A model generated the notes under the pieces. The model made no database searches. It had not been told where the DNA came from and worked only from the letters and a program-made list of their open reading frames with translations. This document shows positions 11,470-24,217 of a DNA stretch of 64,000 nucleotides, piece after piece. Source of the stretch: Mobula hypostoma (taxonomy: Eukaryota); contig NC_086109.1 in NCBI RefSeq assembly GCF_963921235.1, positions 4,838,001-4,902,000 of the forward strand, in the 5' to 3' direction. Each line of letters begins with the position of its first letter. The stretch's first letter is position 1. The position numbers and the translations under genes are program-made.

Positions 11470-12165
11470 GTACAGACCTGTCTGTAGCAACAGTGCTGAG
11501 GTGGAGATGGTTGAGAGTTTCAAACTCCTAGGTGTAAGTAACACCAGCAACTTGTTCTGGTGCAACCATGTCGACACCACAACCAAGAAAGGAACACCAG
11601 CACCTCTAATTCCTCAGAAAGCTGAGGAAATTTGGCATGTCCCCGACGACATCCACCAATTTCAGGAGACACCATAGGAACATGCTATGTGAATGCATCA
11701 CAGTTTAGCACGGCAACTGCTCTACAAAGAACCACATGCAACTTCAGAGAGTTGTAAATGCAGACCAATTTATTGCAGAAACTATCATTCCCCTCCACTG
11801 ACTCATCTACACCACACTGCCTTGGGAAAGCAATCAGCATAATCAAGAACCTCTCCCACCAAACTAACACTCTCTCCTTCCCCTTCCTTCAAGCACAAGG
11901 TACAAAAGTCAGTAGCTCAAGGGAAATTTTTACCTCACTATTGCGAGACTCCTAAATGAACTCTAGGTCTCCCAATCTACCCTGTCTTGGTCCTTGCTCT
12001 TCGTGCATCTGTAATTACATTTCTCTGTGATTGTAACACCACATTCTGCATTATTTTCTCTTGTACCACTTTGATGTACGGAATGATCTGTTTGGATAGT
12101 ATGCATAAAAATTCTTTTCATTGTATCTCTGTACGTGCAACAATAATAAACCAATACCAATTAAG
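11470..12165 (+). mobile_element. Decayed Rex1/Babar-type LINE fragment
   Basis: VEMVESFKLLGV..NLFW; homologous to 13180-13650. Confidence 0.65.
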
Positions 12166-12364
12166 GAGCATGAAGTAGCTACAGAAAAAATTAATGCTAT
12201 TGGCAAATGGTTGTCACCAGTACATTTTGCCATCGGACTCTAAAATACCTGAGCCACAATCTTGGTTAGCCAAAAGCACATCATCTCCCACAGAGCATCT
12301 GAAAGGCGAAACCCAACAGGTTTAAATACATCGTATTTTAACCACACTAAAAGCTACACACCTC

Positions 12365-12727
12365 CATGGGGGCCATAGCCTTATCATGGTTTGGAGGTCT
12401 GCCTGTCTCAATGCTATGCTGGCTGGAGTTAGGGCTTTATGCTTTGGCTCTTGGTAGGGTCACTCATACCAAACAGGTTAAATGGTAGAGACCAGACTAA
12501 GAGTGGTCCACCAGTCCTCCAGGTTCAGGGGTTCTGCTCAGGGCTAACAAACCTGTCTGGTCAAACAAAATGTTATGTAAACATCAAAGAATAACTCTTC
12601 TACATCTGCATGCAATGATATTCCATGAACCACACCTAGGGCACAATGGAGAAGATGGCCAACGACAGACAGAGATGGAAGACCTACACTGCTGCCCTGA
12701 TCTCCAGCAGACATAATAGGCAGTAAT
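12365..12727 (+). mobile_element. Short RTE-derived non-autonomous element (second copy about 56530-56840)
   Basis: Two homologous copies; 5' part resembles RTE/Expander 5' UTRs and is joined to an RTE-like 3' end (DRQRW). Confidence 0.55.
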
Positions 12728-12799
12728 GAAAAACTACACAACTACTAGTACATTGTCTAAACCAAGAAGCACAGGAATATTTAATCCAATGTTGCTGTC

Positions 12800-13806
12800 A
12801 CCCTGCCTTGTGTAGCTGGATCCTGGACATCCTGTCAGGTTGCCAGCAGGCGGTAAGAATGGGCTCTCTCACCTCTGCCCCTCAACACTGGTGCCCCTTT
12901 GGGCTGTTTCCTAAGCCCCCTCCTTTACTCTCTGTATACCCATGACTGTTTCGCCACCCACAGCTCCAATCTGCTAATTAAATTTGCTGACAACACTATA
13001 CTGATTACTCTAACCTCAAATAATAATGAGGCAGCCTACAGAGAAGAAGTCATCACCCTGACACGGTGGTGTCAAGAAAATAACCTCTCCCTCAATGACA
13101 CAAAAACAAAGGAGCTGATTGTGGACTACAAGAGGAATGGAGACAGGCTAACCTCTATTGACATCAATGGATCTGAGGTTGAGAGGGTGAAAAGCTTTAA
13201 GTTCCTCGGCATACACATCACCGAAGATCTCATGTCGTCTGTACATACCGGCTGTGTGGTGAAAAAGGCACAATAGCGCCTCTTTCACCTCAGATGGTTA
13301 AAGAAGTTTGGTATGAGGCCCCAAATGCTAAGAACTTTCTACAGGGGCACAATTGAGAGCATCTTGACTGGCTGCATCACTGCCTGGTATGGGAACTGTA
13401 CCTCCCTCAATCGCAGGACTCTGCAGAGAGTGGTGCGGACAGCCTAGTGCATCTGTACTTGCCAACTTCACATTATTCAAGACATTTACAAAGACAGGTG
13501 TGTAAAAAGGACCTGAAGGATCATTGAGGACCCAAGTCACCCCAACCACAAACTGTTCCAGCTGCTACTATCCAGGAAATGGTACTGTAGCATAAAAGCC
13601 AGGACCAACGGGCTCTGGGACAGCTTCTTCCACCAGGCTATCAGACTGATTAATTCATGCTGATACAATTGTATTTCAGTGTTATATTGACTGTCCTTTG
13701 TACATACTATTCATTATAAATTGCACATTTAGATGGAGACATAACGTAAAGATTTTTACTCCTCATGTATATGAAGGATGTAAGAAATAAAGTCAATTCA
13801 ATTCAA
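12800..13806 (+). mobile_element. Rex1/Babar-type LINE, 3' part
   Basis: GCFLSPLLYSLYTHDC..IKFADNT..WCQENNLSLNDTKTKELIVDY; AATAAA followed by (CAATT)n tail. Confidence 0.85.
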
Positions 13807-14144
13807 TCACATACAGAAAGCAAATTTTAAAAAGGATTGATTTAATAAAGAGAGAAAATATTTTTTATTTTTATCAAAGCTAAAGTTAAATTATGGTCAG
13901 TACCAGAGAGGCAGTGAAGCAGTAATTTAGATATAACTTTGCTAAAAGGGTCCGAAGACAAAATCAGTAATACCTAACATTCTCTGATGCAATTATATTC
14001 AATAGTTTTCAATGAGATCCACCCCCTGATTCTTCTAAATTCCACCAGATAGAGGCCCAGAGCCATCAAATGCTTCTCCATCCATTAACCCTTTCGTTCC
14101 TGGAATCATTCTCATGACCTCCTCTCGACCCTCTCCAATGCCAA

Positions 14145-14445
14145 TCGCTGGATGTTTTTTGTTTCTCGCACCATTCTCTATAAAATCTAGAGACTACTTT
14201 GCATGAAAATCCCAGGAGACCAGCGGTTTCTGAGATACTCAAACTACCCCGCCCGGCACCAACAATCATTCCACAGTCAAAGTCATTTAGATCACATTTC
14301 TTCCCCATTCTGATGTTTGGTCTGAACCTCCTGACCACGTCTGCATGCTTTTATGCATCGAGCTGCTGCCACATGATTGGCTGATTAGATATTTGCATTA
14401 AAGAGCAGATGTACAGGTATACCGAATAAAGTGGCCACTGAGTGT
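14145..14445 (-). mobile_element. Tc1-like fragment (left end)
   Basis: TIR AAAGTGGCCACTGAGTG-TA; ORF MGKKCDLNDFDCGMIVGA..SISETAGLLGFS (paired-like HTH). Confidence 0.8.
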
Positions 14446-15099
14446 ATATGTCACCATATATTTCCTTAAGATTTGATTTCTTGCAGCTATTTACAGGAAA
14501 TTAAATACAAGCAGTGGTGAAAAGAGGACAAATCATGCAAATAATAAAACAGGAGTAAATAAATAATACTGAGTAGTGGAGCCCTTGAAAGTAAGTTTAT
14601 AGGTTGTGGAGTCAAGTTCAGTGTTGAGGTGAGTGAAGTTATCTACACTAGTTCATCAGTTTGGCGGCTGTCGGGTAGGGTTAGTGTTGTACTCAGATGA
14701 ATGTAGCTGCAAAACATCTGAAACTTAAAGTCCAGGACAGAAGACCTTATCCATCACTCAGTCAATGCAGAGCCTTGCTGCAGGACAAACTAATTGCAGA
14801 AGGTATTGCAGCAACTCACCAAGAGCTCTGACAGCATCTCTCAAAGTCGTCATCATCAACTAACATCAGGGGAGTAGGTAAATGAGTACATCTCAGAACT
14901 TCCTAAATACAAAGAGATTCTGCAGATGCTGGAAGTCATGAGTAACACACACAAATCAGTGGAGGAACTCAGCAGGTCAGGCAACATCTATGGAGGGGGA
15001 AAAGCAACTGGCTTTTTGGGGCTGGAAAGGAAGGGTGCAGAAGACAGAATAAGAAGGTTGCATAAGGGGAAAGTGTACAAGCTGGCATAGATGAGGCCA

Positions 15100-15366
15100 T
15101 GTGAGGGGGTGAGTGGTTGGGTGGGAGAGAGAGGAATGAAGTGAGAAGCTGGGAGGTGATAGGTGAGAGCAGGTGAGGGGGAAGGTGGGTGGATGGGAGA
15201 AGGGGGAATGAAGTGAGAAGCTGGGAGGTGATAGGTGAGACCAGGTGAGGGGGAAGGTGGGTGCATGGGAGAAGGGGGAATGAAGTGAGAAGCTGGGAGG
15301 TGATAGGTGAGACCAGGTGAGGGGGAAGGTGGGTGGATGGGAGAAGGGGGAATGAAGTGAGAAGCT
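15100..15366 (+). repeat. G-rich 72-bp tandem repeat (about 3.7 units) within a Penelope-derived segment
   Basis: AGGTGAGGGG recurs at 15171, 15243 and 15315. Confidence 0.9.
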
Positions 15367-15454
15367 CAGAGGCAATAGCTGCAGGAAGTTATCATCTCCT
15401 GACTTTAGGCACAGTTGCCTTCCGGTACAGTTGCTGGAGCACTAAACCTGTTGG

Positions 15455-15866
15455 TTGAGTGAACTTGGCCTTTTCTCCTTGGAGTGACAGAGAATGAGAG
15501 GTGACCTGATAGAGGTGTATAAGATGATGAGAGGCATTGATCATGTGGATAGTCAGAGGCTTTTTCCCCAGGGCTGAAATGGCTAACACAAGAAGGCACA
15601 GTTTTAAGGTGCTTGGAAGTAGGTACAGAGGAGATGTCAGGGGTGAGTTTTTTTTACGCAGAGAGTGGTGAGAGCGTGGAATGGGCTGCCGGCGATGGTG
15701 GTGGAGGTGGATACCATAGGGTCTTTAAAGGAAATCCTGGATACATACATGGAACTTAGAAAAATAGGTAACCCTAGGTGATTTCTAAAGTAAGTATATG
15801 CTCAGCACAGCATTGTAGGCCGAAGGGCCTGTATTGTGCTGTAGGCTTTCTATGTTTTCTATGTTT
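15455..15866 (+). mobile_element. CR1 3' end
   Basis: Highly similar to 49400-49785; (TTCTATG)n tail. Confidence 0.85.
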
Positions 15867-17851
15867 CAGTGCTGGCATGTCATGGTAACAGCAACATGGA
15901 ACATCTTCAAAGTGTGCAGTGTTTCAATAACCCTAGGGCCACTTTGAGAACAAATTGGAACTGTCAATGATGCTCACCTCCAGAATGAATTCGTGGAATC
16001 ATAAAATCACAAAATCATTAAAATGTTACAAAACAGGGTGCAATTTAACCAATCATATCCATGTCAGTTCTCAGCTGAGAAGTTTTGCTTCTTCCCCACA
16101 CGTCAGCCCTCGAGAGCTCTGTGAGTTACCTCTCTCAAAGACATTGAATAAATTGTCACCACCCCTGCAGTCATAAAACATAGAACAATACAGCACAGGA
16201 ACAGGTCCTTTGGCACACAGTATCCTGAACACAATGCCAAATTAAATCTCTTACATAAAATATAGAACATTAAAGCGCAATACAGGCCCTTCAGCCCACA
16301 AGGCTGTGCCAACCTTTTAACCAATTCTATGATTAATCTAACAATTTTCTCCTATTATAACTCTTCAATTCTCCTCTGCCTGTACACGATCCACATCCCT
16401 CCATTCCCTGCATGTCAATCTAACCACCTCCATAGCTTCGTTTGTACTTCTACCACTTTCCAAGTATCCATCATTGTTTGTGTAAAAACAACCTCTCCTG
16501 TATATCTCATTTAAACATGCTCCCTTTCACCTAAGATGCATGTACTCTAGTACTTGAGCGGGTAGATCTTAGAACTATTTGTGTAAAGGGTGTTCACACC
16601 CGTCCTAACATTTTGTTCAAAAAAATTTTAAATCTGCTCCCTAGGTCCTTGAGTCATCTCAAAGTTCAAAGACAATTTATTATCAAAGTACAAATATGTC
16701 ACCCTGAGATTCATTTTCTGCTAATAGTTAGCTTTAGAGATCCGATCCAAACCACTTATGAACTACTACTTCTCTGTGGCATCTCCCCTTAACCTTATTT
16801 GGTGGCTGACTTCTCTAAAGGATCATATACCACCAATCACACTGGCATATTTTTATACACCCTCTACCACAAGGGCTCCCAACCTTTCTTATGCCATCAA
16901 TCAATACCATTCTGCAAGGGTTCTGTGCACCCCAGGCTGGGAATATTTGCCGGACCACATTCATATCTGTAGTGACCAGAACAGAATGAACCATGCCAAA
17001 TTTGGCCAAATTAATGTTCTGCCCAGACTCAGCATAACCTCTCAGCCCTCTGTACCTGTACTCATGAATCCCAGGATCCCTTACACTTCACGAATCATCC
17101 TTTTTATGAAAATTAGCGTTATTTGTCACTTGTTCATCGAAATATACAGTGAAATGTGTTGTTTGCATCAAATCAGATCAGCAAGGATTATGCTGGATAG
17201 CCCATAATGTCGCCACGCTTTCAATACCAACCTAGCATGTCCACAACTCACCTACACTAATCGTATGTCGTTGCACTGCGGAAGGAAAACTATAGTGCTC
17301 ATGCATTCTTGCAACACGCCTGCTATTTTTAAGGATTTCTGCACATTACAATCAAATCTCTATGTTCCCTAAGTATTATTTAGAGGTACAGGCCCAAGGA
17401 GCCACGCCATCCAATTTACACCCAATTAACCAACTGACCTCCTAATTGGTACGTCATTGAAAGGTGGGAGGAAACTGGAGCACCCAGAAATACCCCACTA
17501 TTGCCACTTGTGCAATTTGTTCTTTTTTTGCGTATTGGCTTTTTGATGTTTTCTTTAGAAGGGTTCCACGGTGTTTTGTTGTTTCATGGCTGTCTGTGGG
17601 AAGATGAATCTCAGGTTTGTATACTATATATATACTTTCATAATAAATGTACTTTGAACTTTGAAAGCTATGTGGTCACAGGGAGAAAAATAAAAAAAAA
17701 CTCCTGACTGGCAGGGGTGGAATTGAACCCAGGTCACTAACTCTGAAATAGCATTATGCTAACCACTGCACTACCACACGGCCCATATATACTGTGAACT
17801 CTTAAAGAGTTCTTCTTAAAGTACAACAACCACACAGAAAATGTTGGGTGA

Positions 17852-18228
17852 CAGGGTGGAGATACATCTCTACAAAAGGAGCTGTAAAGTGCTCCATCCC
17901 TTCGCTAGCCTGCAGGTCATTCTTGGACAAGATGTAGCACCTGCTTAGTCCCCCCGATCAGGGTCATGTGAAGCCATGGGATCAGGTGGTGGGTGGTCAT
18001 ATGAGCAGCTGGGGCATATCACAGGTCCTGGTTATGCGACCTGACACCAGGCAGACTATCTCCAAAGAGTATTGATAATGGCTGGGGTCACCCGTCTTGT
18101 AAAGACACTGCCCAGAAGGCAGCAATGGCAAACCACTTCTGTAGAAAAATTTGCTAAGAACAATCAAGGTCATGGAAAAACCATGATCGCCCACATCATA
18201 CAAAGCAGCACATAATGATGACAATGAT
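17852..18228 (+). repeat. ~375-bp SINE-like repeat with (ATG)n tail; second copy 20656-21028
   Basis: Two direct copies starting CAGGGTGGAGATAC and ending CACATAATGATGA. Confidence 0.75.
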
Positions 18229-18305
18229 ACAGAAATCTAAATTTATATTCTTTTCAAATCACCCCCTAAAATGAAGTAATTGAACAGTAATCACAAGATA
18301 ATTAC

Positions 18306-18370
18306 CAGTGGTCGGTCACGGTGTGTGTTTACGGCTTCAACGTTCAGGTAAACGGATTCTATTTTACAAC
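18306..18370 (-). CDS. PFKFB2: PFKFB2-like exon ([22 protein letters not shown]), last confidently identified exon
   Basis: 65 bp; ttgcag acceptor, gtaat donor; conserved [11 protein letters not shown]. Confidence 0.93.
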
Positions 18371-21300
18371 CTGCAAGGAAGGAAAGGGTTAAATAGGATC
18401 AAGTAAGTGAACAGGGTTACCACGGTGATTGGTGAGACAATGCACCATGAGTGTAGATACTAGGACACCATTCACAGTGGGTCCCAAACTATCATCTGAC
18501 GTGGAAAATATTTACTATCTCAGTGTTGAGAGAAACTAATCATTGAACTTGAACCTGACGTGATGGAATTTAATTTTGCATTTTGTTCTTATCTAAAGAA
18601 TCAAAGATAAACTCAGCATTGCTCTTCTCCTTGCTGCCATGAGGGAGGAGGTACAGAAGCCTGAAGCCACACACTCAACGACACAGGAACAGCTTCTTCC
18701 GTTCTGCCATCTGTCTTCTGAATGGACTGAACCCACAAACACTGCCTCACTACTTTTTTCTAAGTTCCTATTTTATTACACTAATTAATGTAACTATTTA
18801 ATATCTCTACCCTGTACTTATTATAACTCAGTTTCTTTTCCATTATTACATACTGCATTGTACTGCTGTTGCAAAGTTAACAAATTTCATGACATATCGG
18901 TGATATTAAACCTGACTCTGATAAGCTTTTTTGCCATATATATTTACACAAGTTAGGAATTTGTTGCGGTGTGTTGGTACAAAATGCAACAAAAAATAAC
19001 ATTCAACAATTATAAAGAATTTAAAAATATATAACAAGTTAGAGGTTAAAGAATGGATATGGAATAAAATGTGCATAAATAAATAAATGCCAGTATGTAT
19101 TTACAATGTAAACAAAATTATAAAAATGGTTTAAAGTGTTTACAGTGCAGTGATGGGGGTCAACAATAGACGGGGAGATGGGTGTGGGGTAACTAGAATG
19201 GTTGACTGGGAGTTAAAGGTAAAACATTAATGGTTATTTCATAGATTTTACCTCCATTAACTCAAGATTCAGGTATTTATCACGTGTACATAGAAACATG
19301 TAGTGAAAGGCAATGTCACAGCAGGACAACAGACTTGATAAGTATAACTTAACAAATCCACTGCAAGAGTGGCAATTATTTTAGATAGGGCATAAGGGGC
19401 AAACCAAACTGCCACTTGATGAGACACTGTCATTCACATGAATGAGTTAGAGACGCTGAACTCAGGCACATTCATATAAAAATTTCAATCAGTTGGTTTG
19501 ATTGTTTGGGAGCATAATCTTTCAGACAGATTGTTGATGGGTGGGGCAAGCATGCAGTCCTCACAATCATTCAACAAGCAAAAGTTCTTCATCTGCTCGA
19601 AATGGGATTGCTACAGCATCCTGGGAGTTTCCTGATCAAGAAGAATTTTGAGAGGAACACCCTAGGACAAGCCCAAGTTTGACTCCACTTGTTTTTACTG
19701 CTTTTTAAATTAATTTTACTTCAAAAATTGAATAAATATCTGCAATAACTTGCATTTATGGTGTGTTTTATAGCAGTAATAAATCCCATAAAGTGTCATG
19801 TGCAAAATGGAGTGCAATGCAAAGGAAAGAATTTGGGTGGATGTTTAAAACCCTTGAGCAGGGAGGGTGCCTTGAAATCAGGGGTTCTCAACCTTTTTTT
19901 ATGCCATGGACTCCTACCATTAACCGAGAGGGTCCAGGCTGGGAAACCCTGCTCTAAATGGTGGAAGAATCACGAGGGGCATAAACAAGATGAATGCACT
20001 CAGTCTTCTTCCCAGGGTTTGGGAATCAAGAATGAGAGGGCACAGGATTAGGGTGAGAGGAGAAAGATTAAAGGGGAACTCGAAGGGCATTTTTGTTTTA
20101 CATGGAGGGTGGTATGGAAGTGTAACAAGCTACCAGAGGAAGAGGTTGAGGCAGATACAACGAGAATATTTAAAAGACAGCTGGCCAGGTGCATGGAGTG
20201 GAAAAGTTTAAAAGATTGCGGGCCAGATGCTGGTAGGTGGGCATCTTGGTTGTATTGGATGAATTTGGGCCAAAGGACCTGCTTCCAAGCTGTCTGACTC
20301 TGTGACTATAAATGACAGACACCACAGTGGACAGAGAAGGAGTGCAGTTTACGTTGTGGCTACTGAAGGCATGGGTGACTAATGTGGGGTAAAGACAGCA
20401 CAACCTTCAGAAGCACAAATAGAAGTGAGAAATTGAGGTTTGGCAAATATGTTACTCTCACCTGCTCCAGTTGTAAAGCATTTCATTAAACACAGCACAA
20501 ACCATTTATTAATTATTGTATACTGTACTCTCTAGTAGGATACATGGACTTTTAACCTTACAATCTACCCCATTATGACCTTGTCTTTCTGTTGTGCTCC
20601 AGCTCCACAACTTATGATTTCAGTATTATTTACTATTTTATTTATTTAGGGTGTCAGGGTGGAGATACGTCTCTACCAAAGGAGGTGTAAGGCGCTCCTT
20701 CCCTCCACTAGTCTGCTGGTCCCCCTTGGGCAAGGTGTAGCACCTGCTTAGCCCCCCGATCAGGGTCATGTGAAGCCATGGGAGCAGGTCGTGGATGGTG
20801 GTATGAGCAGCTGGTGCACATCACAAGTCCTGGTTATGTGACCACTGACACAAGGCAGACATTCTCTGAAGAGTATTTATAGTGGCTGAGGTCACCCATC
20901 TTGTAAAGACACTGCCCAGAAGAAGGCAACGGCAAACCACTTCTGTAGAACAATCTGCCAAGAACAATCATAGTCATGGAAAGACCATGATCGCCCACGT
21001 CATACCACATGGCACATAATGATGATGATTTTATTTATTTACTTTGTTATTTATTTTTTTCTATTTGCATAGAATTTACTTGCACATTGGTTGTCAGTCT
21101 TTGTGTGTAGTTTTTCATTGATTCTATTCTACTTCTTTGTTCCACTGTGATTGCCTGCAAAAAATGTATCTCAGTGTAGTATATGGTTTGATAATATATT
21201 TATTTGAACTTTGAACACTGCTCTTTCTCTGTTGCTGTTTGCTCTGCCCTGTTATTGTTCTGCCTGAATGCACTTTGTAATGAATTAATCTGTACAATCT

Positions 21301-21710
21301 GTATGCAAGACATGTTTTTTCCACTAATTCTAATTGCAACCAGTTTCAAGAATCGATGCAAGCTTCATGCCAGACTGGAGAAAACCAGCTGATCTAAAGC
21401 ACCACCAAGACGATGCATGGCACGACAATCAGAAACATTTCATTATTGTAGATTTGAAAGTGTACACATCTACATGTGCAATCGACTTTATAAAACATTT
21501 GGCTTGTATTGGCTGTAATCTAAAATATGTCAGAACCTCTTCATAACATTCTGCAAACTTAAATGCAGTGTCATTCCCCAAAGTCAAGTATTTAAAAAAT
21601 GTTATACTTGTGCAACAGTCAATTTGAGAAGCTTGTCATCTAATTGGCATGCCCAGCTGGTCATAATTGGTTGCAGGAATGTCAGTGATAAGGAAGAAAG
21701 CATATTACTA

Positions 21711-21818
<108 letters not shown>

Positions 21819-21904
21819 TCAGCCCATCTTATCCATGTTGTCCATGCCGCTGAGCTGCAATAACTCCACTTGCCTGCATTAGAATATGCGGTTCTTTAAG
21901 GTTG

Positions 21905-22445
21905 TTACAGCTGGAGGGTAGTGGGGACAAGCTCCCACTAACCTATTAAATGTTCCCAATGGCATGCGCCTCAAACAACCTCTGACAACCAAGTCCAGCT
22001 CCTGGCCTTCACATGTGGCTTAGATATGAAGCCCAGCAGAACTGTTTCTACTGACAGGAGAAGGGGCAAAGGTGGGTTACAGGCGCCTTAAAACCAGTTG
22101 CTTCAGGCAGATGGGGCTCATCAGCCATTGTTGGCAGCTCATCGAAGAGAATGAAAAATGGTCTGTCTTGTGCCTATACCTACTCATGGGGAAGGCTTCG
22201 GGAGTAAACCCTGAGGGTAAAATCCGGAGCTGGAATCCCAAAGGTAGTCCTACGTTGAATTCAACGCGGACTGGCAACACCTTCGACACTGCTGGTGCCT
22301 AATTGCATCAGTCTCTGGCATTCCTTTGGATTAATCAGATGTGTAGAGAGGGGGAGTTTGCTACGTGGGCAACAACTTGCTCTCCATATTGTATCTAGAC
22401 AGCTAGGATGCAATATCCATGGTCGACTCTGACTGACAGAGACCT
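21905..22445 (+). repeat. Dispersed repeat, probably retroposon-derived; second copy about 57735-58260
   Basis: Shared CTCTGACAACCAAGTCCAGCTCCTGGCCTTCACATGTGGCTTAG over about 500 bp. Confidence 0.7.
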
Positions 22446-24217
22446 TAGAACCTGCAGTACTATGGAAAAGTCTGAGGCACTCTATCTATATACTGTATCT
22501 GTGCCTAATATTTCTACACAGTACAGTATCTGCCCTGAAAATAAATGTATTTTGAACTCTGACTTCATTTCTCTGGAATTGTTGTCACTGTTTGTTCAGA
22601 GGTTGTGGCATTCTCTGGCAATGATAGTGCTTTGATTGCACCTGAGCTTTTAGATCATTTCAGAGTCCATCACCTTGGTGAGCCTGGAACCCTGTCCTAC
22701 TGACAGAATGATGTCAATTTGAGTGAAATGTTTCTGTAGCTTTATCCAACGTGTAAAGTACATAGAACATAGAACGGTACAGCACAGTACAGGCCCCTCA
22801 GCCCACAATGTTGTGCTGACCCTCAAACCCTGCCTCCCATATAAACCCCCAACTTAAATTCCTCCATATACCTGTCCAGTAGTCTCTTAAATTTCACGAG
22901 TGTATCTGCCTCCACCACTGACTCAGGCAGTGCATTTCATGCACCAACCACTCTGTGAGTAAAAAACCTTCCTCTAATATCCCCCTTGAACTTCCCACCC
23001 CTTACCTTAAAGCCATGTCCTCTTGTATTGAGCAGTGGTGCCCTGGGGAAGAGACGCTGACTATCCACTCTATCTATTCCTCTTAATATCTTGTATACCT
23101 CTATCATGTCTCCTCTCATCCTCCTTCTCTCTAAAGAGTAAAGCCCTAGCTCCTTAACCTCTGATCATAATCCATACTCTCTAAACCAGGCAGCATCCTG
23201 GTAAATCTCCTCTGTACCCTTTCCAATGCTTCCACATCATTCCTATAGTGAGGCGACCAGAACTGGACACAGTACTCCAAGTGTGGCCTAACCAGAGTTT
23301 TATAGAGCTGCATCATTACCTCATGAATCTTAAACTCTATCCCTCAACTTATGAAAGCTAACACCCCAGAAGCTTTCTTGATTATCCTATCTACTTGTGA
23401 GGCAACTTTCAGGGATCTGTGGACATGTACCCCGAGATCCCTCTGCTCCTCCACACTACTAAGTATCCTGCCATTTACTTTGTACTCTGCCTTGGAGTTT
23501 GTCCTTCCAAAGTGTACCACCTCACACTTCTCTGGGTTGAACTCCATCTGCCACTTCTCAACCCACTTCTGCATCCTATCAATGTCTCTCTGCAATCTTC
23601 GACAATCCTCTACACTATCTACAACACCACCAACCTTTGTGTCATCTGCAAACTTGCCAACCCACCCTTCTACCCCGACATCCAGGCTGTTAATAAAAAT
23701 CACGAAAAGTAGAGGTCCCAGAACCGATCTTTATGGGATACCACTAGTCACAACCCTCCAATCCGAATGCACTCCCTCCACCACAACCCTCTGCCTTCTG
23801 CAGGCAAGCCAATTCTGAATCCACCGGGCCAAACTTCCCTGGATCCCATGCCTTCTGACTTTCTGAATAAGCCTACTGTGTGGAACCTTGTCAAATGCCT
23901 TAGTAAAATCCATATAGATCACATTCACTGCACTACCCTCATCTATATGCCCGGTCACCTCCTCAAATAACTCTATCAGGCTTGTTAGACACGATCTGCC
24001 CTTCACAAAGCCATGCTGACTGTCCCTGATCAGACCATGATTCTCTAAATGCCTATAGGTCCTATCTCTAATAATCTTTTCCAACAGCTTTCCCACCACA
24101 GACGTAAGGCTCACTGGTCTATAATTACTCGGACTATCCCTACTACCTTTTTTGAACAAGGGGACAACATTCGCCTCCCTCCAATCCTACGGTACCATTC
24201 CCGTGGACAATGAGGAC

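Noticed and set aside
15100..15366. CRISPR-like array or the 132-aa repetitive ORF
   Set aside because: Contiguous tandem units without unique spacers, in eukaryotic context.
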